Shown here: positions 37,203-50,021 of the stretch, piece by piece | Numbering within the stretch: position 1 is the first letter of the stretch | Layout: each line of letters starts with the position of its first letter | Position numbers and translations under genes: made by a program | Assembly (NCBI GenBank): GCA_001179505.1 | Contig: CDMY01000510.1 | Location: 1-64,000 of the forward strand | Length of the DNA stretch: 64,000 nt | Direction: 5' to 3' | Origin: Vitrella brassicaformis CCMP3155 | Lineage: Eukaryota; Protista; Chromerida | The notes under the pieces: model-generated | The model's input: only the letters and a program-made list of their open reading frames with translations | Told to the model about the DNA's origin: nothing | Databases searched by the model: none

Positions 37203-38185
37203 ATGCCTGAGGAGGTTGCGGCTGACCCCGATGAGGCGCGGCGCCTCTGCACCTACCGGCCGCCAGCACCTCCTGACCCGGTGGCCGGTGGGCGGTCGGG
37301 GCTGGAAGCGCTGCAGCTGGCATTCGAGCAGCACAAACAGCAAAGTCAAGGGGTACGAGATCCAGCTGACGGATGAGCACATGGACTCAATTTGACGCAT
37401 TCTCTTTGTATGTTCAGGAGGTGCGCAGCATGAAGGAGCGCTACGACAAGATGGCGGTTACCTATTGCAAGGAGATGAATAGCATGAGGGCGCTGCTCGA
37501 GCAGCAACAGGAGGTGCGCAGATCAGACACCACAACAACAATCTGGGCGCCGTGTCTGATCTCTGTGCGGCCACGCAGGAGATGCGTAGCATGAGGGAGC
37601 GCCACGACAAGATGGCGCAGGAGTTTGCAGAGAGAGAGGCTCGCCTCCGTTCTCGGCTGGAGCGTGAGGTCGCTGCCCGCCAGGCACTCGCACAACAAGT
37701 GGAGGTGAGAAAGGGGCCAGCCGATTGAAGGCCAAAAGGTGTATGCGTGTGGTTGCGTTGTGTGTCAGGAGCAGCGCGAGTTTTTGGTTGAGGAGGTGTC
37801 AATTGACGTGCGCACAGAGTTCAGCGACGAGATCAAGGACATGAATTAGCAGATGAACCAGAAAATAGACTCGTTCAGCGCCAAAATTGACAGCTTGCCA
37901 TCGGTAAGATGAAGCTGAACACAAACCTCATGTGTTCAGGCACTCATTGACGTGTGCTGTGCCATTCCTGCCTCTTGCATGCAGCATGCGGGTGTGGAGC
38001 TCATGACGGCCTCTCACCACATCTGTACACCCGGCCAGCAGGTAAGGAACAGATAGACTGACGGCCGGAAATCCTTGTCTTTACGGCGTATGTGTTTGTG
38101 TGCGCAGTTCGTGTGTGTGTCGTCGCTGTGTGGCAGGTATCGCGCGCTGCGTGACTGGCTGCGTCGCTATATGTACATCAGCTGT
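37203..38185 (+). pseudogene. Truncated inverted paralog of the coiled-coil/TLDc gene at 38576-40416
   Basis: LEALQLAFEQHK, HICTPGQQ and RYRALRDWLRRYM match LEALQLAFDQHK, HICTPGQQ and SYRALRHWLSRYM. There is an in-frame TAG at 37847-37849, and the gene is cut off at the start of the TLDc domain by repeat copy 2. Confidence 0.75.
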
Positions 38186-38516
38186 CTAATGAACGACGAC
38201 TTAGTGAGACGTTTCCTTCCTCTCTATGTTGGCGCGTGGGTGGATGGATGGATGCATCCCATGCATGCATATTCGTGGGAGTGTTTCATAAGCCAATAAT
38301 GTGGTGCTTTGACACTGACTGGCACGTATGCAATTGCATGTGGTTGATTGGATGAATCACACCCTCGTCTCTCCACATGTGTCGACACGCGTGCGTCACA
38401 TCGCGCTTTGACATTCACGCACAGTCGATATCGTGGATGGATGGAAGGATGCCGTCCAAACTTACCTCCCACAGACAAGATCCACGCAGAGCTTTCAGGC
38501 AGGCAGACAGGGAGGC
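38182..38516 (+). repeat. Direct repeat of about 340 bp, copy 2
   Basis: See copy 1; it lies about 60 bp beyond the stop codon of the minus-strand TLDc gene. Confidence 0.9.
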
Positions 38517-38575
38517 GAGCAGGCAGGCATTGTGTGCCCCTCCCCTCGGCTGTCTGTGTCCTTGCTTCCCCTCAG

Positions 38576-40416
38576 TCAGCTCGCTAGAAGCCACACTTCC
38601 ATCTCAGTGATGGCGAAGGTCATGCTGCCCGCCAGTGTGCCGTCACCATCCTCATCCACCTCCCCACGATACCCGATTGGCAAATAGGCCTTCTTGACCA
38701 TCATGGCACAGCCGCTGAGGTCGGCAGCCGGGCCGGACTCATCACGGCCTAACACCATAACTGCTGCATCATCCACACCGATGGCCATGTCGGCGACCGG
38801 CTGCCCATCAGGCCCCCTCACCGCCCCCTCCCGCCCAGCGACCGCCACCCCCTGTGACAGCTCTGCCGGCATGGGTATCTTGGTGGGTCCGCCACACGCC
38901 CCGCTGATGCTGTAGAAGGAAACGGGGCAGGGGGTCTCCTTGGCCTGGGTGGGGCTGTCGGGCTGTGCAAGGGGGTGGTCCATGGTGCACGCGAAGAGGT
39001 GTGCGGGTCCATCGCGGATGAGAAACAGCAGCCGCTGGGCGCCGAGAGTCTTGCTCAGGAATGTCGAGTACTTGAATCCATCACGTGACGACCTGAAGGA
39101 ATGGAAGCCATCTGATGTGAGTGTGTGTGTTGTGTGTGTGTGGGGGGGGGAGCGTCAGTACTTGTAGAGTAGCTGCATCGATTTGATGCGCATGTAGCGG
39201 CTCAGCCAGTGGCGCAGCGCACGGTAGCTACCATAGTGCGACGACAGGCGCACAAACTGCACACATCAGCGAAACATGTGTCGGCAGATGGTCACGAGCT
39301 GGCTGTCCTTCAGGTGAAGTCCCTACCTGCTGGCCGGGTGTGCAAATGTGACGAGCGGCCGCCACCAGCTTCACACTCTGATCCTGCAAGAAGAGACAGG
39401 CAGGCAGGCAGACAGGCATGCCACGGATGAATGGCCGGGTGTCTGGTTGTCTGACGGACCGATGTGAGGTTGTCCATGATGGCGTCGAGCGAAGCGGCCA
39501 TCTGCCTCAGCCCCCTCTTGTCGTCATGGAGGTCGACTTGCACAGCCGTCGTCACGTCGTCAACCACATGCGCACGCAGCCCCTGACATTCACACATGGC
39601 ACACACTGTCTGTGCAAACGTGCAGCGGCTCGCGTGGCCCCTTTCCTGTCTGATGACTGACAAGAGATACCTACCTGCACTTGCGCAACCATTCCTCTCA
39701 TTTCCCTTATGGTAGTCCCCAGTGCACCCTGCAGCGACTTGATCTCTTGCGCCGCCTCACGAGAAGTCGCGTGCATCTGCACAGTGCACATTACACGACA
39801 CGCAGATGGATGGAGGCGACTTCACGTCCGTCAGCTGTCCAGGCACCTACCTGCTGAAGGTCCTCCTTGTGCTGGTCGAAGGCCAGCTGCAGCGCCTCGA
39901 GCTTCTCACACACCGCCGATATGTCACTCTACGACATCCATCCATCCATCCACAGCACACACACGGACACAGGCACACATCAGCAGCACCACTAGGTACC
40001 TGCAGCTGTTGCTCGAGCGCCCGCTTCGCACCACGCAACGCCGCCAGCTCCTGCGCATGACCGACAAGAACCACATGGCATCCTGTCATGGCGCTGTGCC
40101 TCCCTTCCGCGTACCTGTGCCTGCTGTTGGAGAAGGGCCTTCATGCCATCCACCTCCTGGCGAAGAGCCGCCTCCATCTGCACACACACACACATCACGG
40201 CATATCACTGTGCGTGCTGAGTCGCTCTCTTCCTTGCCACTTCACCTGCAGCGCCTCGAATCTCGAATTCTCACGCAGCCGTCGTTCGCCAGGGGTCGCC
40301 TCACCATCAGGGCCAACAGTTGTCGAGCCTGAGGCGGTCGCCAGGTCCTCTATGCTCATAAACGTGTACATTCGTTCATTATCTGCAAGCTCAAAAAATT
40401 CGGCCCGAATGGCCAT
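38576..40416 (-). CDS. Coiled-coil + TLDc protein (family member 3, no BTB domain)
   Basis: Several short coiled-coil exons, then MQLLYK|SSRDGFKYSTFL...GDGTLAGSMTFAITEMEVWLLAS*. Confidence 0.8.
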
Positions 40417-40564
40417 GGTCAACCTCGCCACAACAAACCCTACCCAAGGCTCCTTTCATTCAACGTTTCCTGTGTCCTTTCCTTCAGGCAGAAGCCCACT
40501 CGCAGCGGGATCTGTTGAAGATCTGTCCAAGATCAGTCGTGCAAGGCTCCACGGGAGGCATACA

Positions 40565-41267
40565 ATGATCATGCTTCTTTTGCCGCTCTCCCTCGCTGTC
40601 AGCAGCGCGTCAGCCTCCCGTCTACGGCATCAGGCCCTCCAGCCCGCATTCGTCCCTCCTCCGCTGTCCTTCAGCAGCCGCTCTGCATCATTCCCTCACC
40701 CCCTCCGTCGCCCTTGCACATCCCTCTTCGGCCTTCTGGACGGGCTGCAGCCCACTGACAACGTCAGCCAGCTCAGCGATGAGGTGCTCTCGGGCGCCCA
40801 GCTGTCACCCGAGAGCGTCAAGAAGGTGTGTGCCTTCTGAAGCAATCAGTCCAGAGTGTGACACCTACGGCCATGTGTCTGTCTATGTGTGTGTGTGTGT
40901 GTGTGTTCGTCGGTGTTGCCTGCAGTTGCTTGCCAATGGCGTCAAGAGCGTGCTCAACGTGAGGGCCGCCATCGAGCCCGGCTACAGGGACGACAGCGAG
41001 CTGTGTGAAGGCGAGAACTGCGGCTACTTCCACTCAGCAGTGACGCCATTTGACTGGTCAAGGGCCAAAGTGGACGGCATCCTGGCGACCGTGGAGGCCG
41101 CGCCCAAGCCGATCTTCATCCACTGTGCCGCCAACATCCGTTCGGCGGCAGTGGCGGTGCTGCATGAGGTCAAGAGTGGGAGGCTCAGCGAGGGCGACGC
41201 TGTGAGCAAGGCCAAGATGATCAACGACAGGGCGGGCGGCCTGGTGGAGAGATACCTCAAGGGATAG
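40565..41267 (+). CDS. Plastid-targeted DUF442/Blh-type phosphatase-fold or sulfurtransferase-like protein
   Basis: Signal peptide MIMLLLPLSLAVSSASA with an AFVPP motif; GAQLSPESVKK|LLANGVKSVLNVR...PKPIFIHCAANIRS (CX4R). Confidence 0.75.
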
Positions 41268-42128
41268 CTGTATGAGGGGGGGTCGGTGATGGGATCGCTG
41301 AGAGCCTGTAGGCTGTGACGTGAGGCTCTTCTTGTGTGGCGCCGTCCCCGTGGGTGCGTTCGTGCTCAGGTGTCAGAGCTTCGCACATGTGCATGTATGC
41401 TGCTGCCTCATTTCAGAAGCCGACAGGCAGTCGTGTGTGTTTCCGTGAGGGAGCACGCGGTGGCCGTGGGACCGTTTTCTGATTTGCGTGTGAGGCCTTT
41501 CTGGCTCTGTGCTGCTGGCAGATAGTGCCTTGGTAGAGACAACGCGACTTACTGTCAGCAAAAGGATGAAACTCATTCATTGAATGAAGTCGTATCAAGT
41601 CGGATGAATGCATGCAGTCAACACATCTGGCTTTGTTTGTAGAGTGTCTGTGAGACGTGCTCAATCTTTTCCAACATCCATCAGCCCCCTTCGGTCAGCT
41701 GTGTGCAGCTAGTTACTCATCAGGATGGCCGGCGACTGGAGGAAACAGCTGCAGCTGTGACGCTCTGATGCGATAAACGAGAGCGGCAGTTTTGCCCGCC
41801 CAGTCAGTCAGCGTGTGTGGGTGATGTGATCCACATACACACAAACATGGGTCATCCATCAGTCAGCGGTGTTGCAGCCAGGGAAAGTAAGTCTGTACAC
41901 ATCTATCCACGCCTCTCTCACTCTGTCAGTCAGTCAGTCCGCCAGTCAGTCACATCTATGCTATGCACACACAGCTGCCACCCACCCACCCACCACACCA
42001 CACCCGCCCCCCAACATGAATGGCTCGTCTATCGGCGTGTCACTCATCCAGCCGCCAGCATGTGACTCTCGTGCGTCGTAGCACCAGACAAACAAGTAGC
42101 TCGTTAGCAACATGGCCCCGCCCCGCAC

Positions 42129-45100
42129 TCACAGATAGACGTGTCGTGTGGCCGTGATGGCCTGTCGGCACCGCGGACACAGCCGCTCGGCCACTGGTTT
42201 GGACATCAAGGCCGTCGCACACGCACCGCACAAACAGAAGTGACGCTGCACACACTCAAACACACATACATGTGGGCAGCGCGTGGTGCCTGTGAGTTGG
42301 CTTACGCAGGGAATGAGTACGATGGACTTCTTTTCGGCCATGCAGATGTCACACTCAGTGCTCTCGCGCTCCTCCTCCAGCCTGCAGACAGCAAACCACC
42401 CACCCATCAGACGCTCATGAAAGAGGGGTATGCAACCACTGCACTGCAGGTGTGTGGGGTCTCCTCACGTACCTCTTCTTCTCCCTTTCTATGGCCTCCT
42501 TCTCCAGCCGCATGGCCTCGAGCTGCTGGCGCAGCGCATCCAACTCACTAACCTCCCCACCACACCTGCTCTCACGCAGCCACACATGGAGGGAGGGGTA
42601 GGCACAGTGACCGTTGTCTGTCTGTCTGTCCATCGATACGTACCTGCCTTGACCACTGCGGCCCTCCACCTCCACCGCCCTCTCCAACGTGCTACTGCTA
42701 CTGTCCCCGGCTGCCAATGGGGCGAGGCCATGCTCGTCAGAGCCACCACGGCTACTGGATGGTGCTGGTGTGGGTGTGTGTCGGTTGGGAGACCGGGAGG
42801 GCGGGACGGCCGGGCGGGGAGCCAGAGGGAAGAAAGGCGGCGCATGGTGGGGCCCGCCAGACACAGACGAGTGCGATGAGGATGGCCGCGTCGACTCGGA
42901 AGAAGACGAAGACGGGAAGACTCTCGAGCTGAACACACAAGCACACCGGAGTTGTCCCTGCTCAGTGACTGTGGTGGAGTGCTTTAGTCGGCCTTACTTG
43001 TTGTTTGCTTCGTCAGCTGTGTTGGTCTGCTGCTGCTGCTGCTGCTGCAGTGCATTGCCGCCTTTGCCGCCCTTCTTCTTGCGGCCGACCGTGATGAACC
43101 CGCCGCCACCATCGCCACCACCACCCGTTCCTTGCTGCTGCCCACTGCCGCCCCCCACCGAAGCAGAGCTTCCACCAGACACAGCCGACGGCACCGATGC
43201 AGACGATGAGAATGAGCATGAGGGTCGGGGAGGGGAGGGGGGCGACGGGCTGGGGGGACCTGGAAGGCCATGGTGGTCTTCTGCGTCCTCATCGGGCTGC
43301 TCGCTGTGGTCTTCGGATGTGCCAATGGCACCACAGCTGTCGATCGGCACACACAGACACACACGCATTCCCTTCACTTTTGTGGATGCGCTCTTTCCCT
43401 ATCTGGCGGTCACCTGGATGGTGATGCCGACTCCTTGGTAGAGGCTCCCTTGCCGCCCCTCTTGCCCTTGGACCTCTTCTTGACGCCCTTGCTGTCGTTG
43501 GTGTCCTCGGCCCCCTCCTGTGTGCCCTCAATGTCAAGCTCTGCGATGATCTTCTCGGCCCGCTCGTTGGCCGCACTCTCGATCTCGTCAAACAAGTACA
43601 ACAACTGACACACAACACGTACAATGGATGGACACTGCCCGTGTGAGCCGTCACGTGGGCATCATGAATGTTCCACCTTCTTGGGCACTGTTAGCTGCTC
43701 CTGATGCTGACGGTTTGCCTTTCGTCGCCCTTTCGGCTGCCGCTCGGCTGCGCGCATCGTCTTGACCGAGTCGTGCTGCAGGACGGCCTGGGTGACGCCA
43801 TTGGACCGGAGGACGCCGCCTCTCTTGCTGCTCACTCGGTCGCCATAGCTGCACCGAGAAGACATCCACACGCATCATCTATCCCCCACCACAGGCGTGT
43901 GTGTGTCTGTGTACCTGACAAGTGCGCGCAGGGTTTCGACGGCGAAGTCTATGAAGACGGCGAAGTCGAGCTGGCCGTTCTTGATGCAGGCCATGGCCAC
44001 GTCACACAGGGCTACGGGAAGGCCGGCACGTACAGCGATCTGTACATGACCACCGCACCGCAGAATGACCATGGACGCATCCATCCACCCATCCACTTTT
44101 TTATCCATCCGTGCTGACCTTGGCGCCCATGTCAGTGAGGTCTGTGTCGCTTCCGACGATCTTCTGAAGAGCGGCCGCACAGTAGGCCACCTCTTCCACT
44201 GACTGCTTGTCGAGGCGCTTGACGATATCCGACGCCATCGAGATGCATCCAGAAGAGTACACGGCATCACGATGTCCACACACTGCAGACAGACATTTAT
44301 GCAGCACACCCACAGGGAGGGAGGCATTGGTTCATTCACTTCCCTCCCTCCCATGGCTCCCTCCCTCGTTTGATTCCCTCCCTGACCGGCCACCATCTCC
44401 AAAACAGCCAGGGGGAGCGTGCCAGTCCTAATCGTAGAGGCAAGGGTATTGGCGGGGCTCTTGACGGCCGCGACGTACGCCTGCAGCGCATTGGGCGCTC
44501 TCATCAAACGCTGGACGGGCCCGTCGGCATCACGGAAGTACTCGACATCTGCACAGACGCACACAAGGACGGACACACGCATTCAGCAACTGAGGCAGGC
44601 CACACTCCCACACGGAGCGGGCCTGTCTGTCTGTCTGTCTGTCCCTCCGCCCACCAATCTCCGTGGCACTCTTGAAATCGCAGCAGAAGCCGAAGATGCA
44701 CTCGAGGCAGACGGCGGCCCCCCCACGCATCCCCTTGTCTGCGGCGGAGGATGTCAGGGTGGCCGCCAACGTGTCGACGAGGGGGTAGATGTCCTCACGG
44801 ATGGCAGCCAGGTACACAGCACGATCCGCGTCTGAACCCGACCCTGCGCCAGCCGACGGGCGACAGTGAGTCAGGTGGCGGAAGGAAAAGTGGTGTGAGT
44901 TTGTTGTCTGTATGTCTGACTTTACTACATGTACCTGTGCCGGTCACGCGGTGGATGTGGTGGCGGACGAATGCGGTGGCGTGCTCGATACAGGCAGCAC
45001 TGAGGCGAAGCAGCCATAAATGAACTGTCTGTCTGTGTGTGTGTCATCCATCTATATAGTCGCTTACAGCGCGTCCCGAGTTGCCTGGTCCTCACACGTC

Positions 45101-45771
45101 AGGACGCGCACGATTACCCGGAACATGCCCACCCACACCAGGGGAGGCACGGCAGAAGGCCCGGGGAAGGGCGGGCCGAATGCACGTTCCCTCGAAAAGG
45201 CCGACAGCAGGAAGGTGATGATGGGCGACTTGCTGCACCCACCACCGGGGATCTTGTCCAAAAGCGCCACTGCCTTGCCGAAGATGGCGGGGTGGTGCTG
45301 TACACAGTGGTCTCGATAGTCGGCCGCATTGCCCTCAATCCGGCCCTTAATCATGGCGCCCACCAGCAGCGCGAATGCGACGGCCGCAACGGTGTCATTG
45401 TCGGTGTCTGTCAGCAGTGTGGCCAGCCTGCTGATGAACCGTTGAGGCGACCCACACAGCGGGATAGTGTGGTGTGTAACCTCACGCACCACCTCTGCCC
45501 TATGGTTCAGCACGGCGCACACCAGCACATTTGCCGCGTCGTCCTGGCGGGCCGTGTCGACGCTATCGGTGAAGGCATCAAACACACGCTCCAGGGATCG
45601 CCCATTGCGGAGATTCTTCCGCAGGGCCTCGCACCCCCCCTGGTCCAGCCTCGAGTTGCCCAGCGTCTTAAGGCTGCCCTCGACGAGATCCTCTTGCAGC
45701 TCCTCTGGCGACGAGAGCAGACGGATGGCCGCGTCGACGACGGAGGGCGGGGGAGGACCCAAGCTGGTCAT
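42129..45771 (-). CDS. Helical (ARM-like) N-terminus + low-complexity linker + C-terminal C3HC4 RING; putative E3 ligase
   Basis: CDICMAEKKSIVLIPC|RHFCLCGAC...CPRCRQAI at the C-terminus; Leu/Ala/Val-rich helical exons upstream. Confidence 0.75.
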
Positions 45772-46185
45772 GACTCAGACCCCTTGGCGTGGATCAGCCC
45801 TCATTCATGCCGTTAAGGAGGCTGGCCGACAACACGCGCTGCCACATGGGAGGCCGACGCCAGATGGATGGCAGGATACCAGCAGGATACCTACAACGAG
45901 CAGCGCAACAACCCAGCAGCACAGATATATATATGGCGCTTCTCGATGGTTCTTTTTGTGCTTCTTTCACCTCTCACCCTCGGAAGTGGTACACAGGACC
46001 TCTGGGCGCTACTGTTAGGCTGCCGTTTTTCCCTCCGCCAACCTCTTCATAATTGCGAGCCTGAATCCCGATCGCCGGACGTTCGTTTGGTAGCGTACGC
46101 GTGCGTATCCTGCCGTCGTTGCCGCCATTGCTTCATCCGGCCGTAATTGACGGCAGATCTCCGCTGCCGGCCTGCTGTGTTGAGG

Positions 46186-49100
46186 ATGAGTGAGCCCACG
46201 GGTGTGCAGCTGAGTCTCCGCAGGAGCTCACCGACGAAGCTGTCCGTCAACCTGGAAGGTGAGCGGGCAAAAGAGCCAACGAGATGAGTGAAAGGCGAGT
46301 GAGTGCGGCAGCGGATCTGATGATGTGCGTTTGTTTGTGTGTGCTGTGTGTGCGGTGTATGCGCCCGTGATCAGGGCCTGACAAGCCAGGGTTCCTGGAG
46401 AAGGTCATCAGCTTCTTCACCAAGAATGAGCTCAACATCATCGACGCTAAGATACAGGCAAGACAAACAGAGCACTCACAGACGCACACACACAGGCACA
46501 GAGCCCGTTCATCCATCCAGCTATCTGCCTGTCTGTGGTGTGCCCTGCCCGCATCTGTGTCTGTCAGAGCAAGAATGGCCAGTTCCGCGACAGCTTCATA
46601 GTGGAGCGCCGGACGACCGAGCCCATGACCGACGCCTTCATCTTTGACCTCGAGACCAAATCCAGAGAGCTCACCGGCCTCCCACCACCACAGCAGCCAA
46701 CCAGGTCAGTCACCGACCGGCCCGAGTCGGGACCCCTCACCCTCACCGTGCCCTCACGCGGACCGCCAAACTACCCGTCCGGCACCCTCTCCGACGGCGA
46801 GCTCTCGCCATACTGCCCGTCGATGCTGCCCGGTGGCATTGGGGACGCCAACGACACTTTTCTCGACATGAGCGCGCCGGGCGCGGTGGAGGGGCGTGAG
46901 GGTGGGGGGTGGGGTGAGGATGCGGGCGGCGGCTTGGGAGCTGGGATGGGTGGGGGATGGAACGGCCGAAGTCTGCCTCCGCGGTCGTCGTCTGACCCGC
47001 ACCTGTCGCTCGGCGGGGATGCCATGCTCGCAGCTTTCAGCGGAGAGGTGAGGCGCAGGAAAAGAGCCGTGTGTGGCGAGAGGATGTATGGGCATGTGTG
47101 TGTTTAGGAGTTCAATCCGTCGCCAGAAGGCCCTCCGAGGATCCTTGTGGTCAGCCGGAGGCACCTGAGAAAGGTATACACACGGGCAGGAGGGAAGCGC
47201 CACAGACGTCACATGCAGCAGATGAGGTCTGTGTTGGCTGCGTGTGTGACACAGGGGAAGTTCGTTGACTTTGTTGGCGAGTTCCACATCGACCTCATCA
47301 ACCACTTCGGAGGTACAAGACACACAGGGAGGGGTCCGACTGCCTGCCTGTGCTGTGCATATCCATCTGTTTGCTGCTGTTCTGGTCAGGTGCTGCGGTT
47401 ATCGTACCGAGGCAAGAAGACTCCCACCCAGATCAGATCACCTGTGAATGACGTGTGTCATGCTGTCTCTCTCCCTCTCTGTCTGCAGGACCTCGGGGAC
47501 GGTCTCATGCCTCGACACCTACATGCCCATGGTCGGTGTGGAAGGAGCCTTGAGACGCACTCTCATATATGTGGCCACACACCCCCTGTCCGTGTGCAGG
47601 ACGGCTTCCTAGTTGTCGAGGGCAACGACATCTCACCAGGCAAAGCAAAGACAACACGCGCGGCAAATCAATTACAAGTGTTCGTTGGTATGATTTTTGT
47701 GTGGTGTCTTTGCCTGGTGTGTCTGTGTGTCACAGACTACAACCCCTACGAGCGCCAGACGTCCATATCGTCCCATGCAGCAGCCGACGACAGCACTGCA
47801 CCCACTCCCACGGCCGCCGAGGGCGGCGGCGGCGGCGGTGGTGGGGGTGACCACCACAAACACACACAACCCCAACACATACCGCACGTCGACAACCAGC
47901 TCGTGGAGGAGATCAGGAAGGTACGCCGGAGGGGAACAAGACACAAAGAGGCAGTGGCGCACACCCGCAGAGATGCATCCATCGTGTGATCTGTGTTCTG
48001 TTGTTATGTGTGCAGAAACACGCCAGCGATATGGTGAGAGAAGGAGGGAGAGGATGGGATCATCAGCCACGTTCCTCGACTTGCACGTGTGTTGATCTCT
48101 CTCCTTTTCTGCTGTGCACCCGCCGCGCAATTCAGGATTATGATCCATACAAGGTACGTCACCTGACTGACCGGAGGGAGTGACGGTACCTGTTTGCATA
48201 TCTCTCTCTCTCTCTCTGTGTGTGTGTATGTGTGCGTGTGTGTGTGTGCAGGACAAGCTGGAGTGGGAGCTGCTGCGTCGTGCGGTTCAGCTGGGTGTGC
48301 CCTACCTGGGCATCTGCAGGGGCTGCCAGCTGCTCAACGTCCAGCTCGGCGGCAAACTCTTCTTCGATGTCGTCAGTGAGGTGCCGAACGCCGTGCCACA
48401 CATCGACTATGGTGCGCATAAGAGACACACACGCAGACACACTCACACACACACCTACACACCTGTAGACAACTACGACGGCTATCGGCACCCCATCCGG
48501 GTGCTGTCCAACACTCCCCTGGCCGAGTGGTACAGCGACACTATCCAGGACTCACAACAACCAGTGCTGCGCGTCAACAGGTGGGTGTGGTGTGTCCACC
48601 TGTTGGTCTGTCTTCTACAAGCCTGCCTCATCTCTCTCTCTTCCTGGCTGTGCGCGTGTGTGGTGTCGACGGACGGATGGTTGAATCAGCTACCACCACC
48701 AGGGTATCCGCAAGCTGGCGCCCAACTTCCGCCCGATGGCCCACAGCGACGACCTGCTCGTCGAGGCATTCTACGACCCGCAAAGATACTGCCCGGTGGG
48801 TGGCTTGCCACACACGAACCTCTCTCCCCGTCCTCTCTCTCTGTGCGTGTGTGTGTGTGTCTGTCTGTGTGTGTGACATTTTTGTGTGTTGTGCGTCTCA
48901 GGAGGAGGGTCGGTTCCTCGTCGGTCTGCAGTTCCACCCCGAACGGTGCGCCACCTTTTGACACACACAATCGGTTGCACACGCCGGCCGGCCGTCGTTG
49001 ATCGACCCTTGTATGTGGCTTGGTCAGAATGCTTGACGAGTACCCCGGCAACAGTCGGTGGGTGACACACGCACATAGACACACGCGACTATGGCAAGAG

Positions 49101-49222
49101 GCCGTCCACACACGACATATATGTGTGTGTCTGTGTGCAGGGTGTACGAGGCCTTCATGCTGGCCTGCAAGAACTTCAGAAGGAGACGACTGCAGCGTGC
49201 CAAGACCATGATGGCCTCATGA
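46186..49222 (+). CDS. ACT domain + peptidase C26 / class I glutamine amidotransferase (PuuD / plant GAT1_2-like)
   Basis: GPDKPGFLEKVISFFTKNELNIIDAKIQ (ACT); VSRRHLRK|GKFVDFVGEFHIDL, PYLGICRGCQLLNV (catalytic Cys), NSYHHQG, VGLQFHPE (His-Glu). Confidence 0.85.
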
Positions 49223-49873
49223 CCGGCTAACACGGCACACACAACACAAGCACACACAGACATCACATGGCCCGGCCCGCCCATTTGTGTCAATTGTGTT
49301 TTCGCGTGCCGGGTGGCTTGAGCGTCGATCCGATCGGACCCTCACACGCAGTGAGTAAGGGTATATGTAGCATAGTGTTCGACCCACACACAGCAGTATG
49401 TAGTGAGTGTGTTGGAGTGTTCGCACCCACACACAACCAGTTTTCTCCTTTAGACACACAACACACTCCACAGACAGACAGACAGACGGATCGCTGGACA
49501 AACAGAACAACCCTATTCGCCAAGTAGGGTTTAGGCGAGCGAGGTGAGAGCGCATGTGTGTGTGTGTTTGTGGTGGTGGTGCCTTCGTTCGTGTGTTCGG
49601 GGACATTTGTTGGTGCGTTTGTGTTGTGCCATTGAAGACACCGACACCAATTGTATGTGAGTGATGCAGCTGAATGAACGCACTCACTGTCATCCGTCAC
49701 CATATCGACACACAACAGACACACACACACACATCTTAGTAGTATCCACAGCCAACTAACACAACCAACAAATGCCAGGCCGGCCTCGGGCGCGCCGCGC
49801 CATGACTAACTCGCACAATGGCTCTATGCGCTCGCACCCATCATCCTATCGTCCTACATGTCTGGATGTCTGT

Positions 49874-49989
49874 CTATCTGTTGAACATGAATTGGTAGAG
49901 TATCTGCAGCTTGGTCTTGGGCCGGCCCTCAAAGGCCACCCACTGCCGCTCCACCTCGTCGTCGTGCACATTCAGATACTGACACAGTG

Positions 49990-50021
<32 letters not shown>

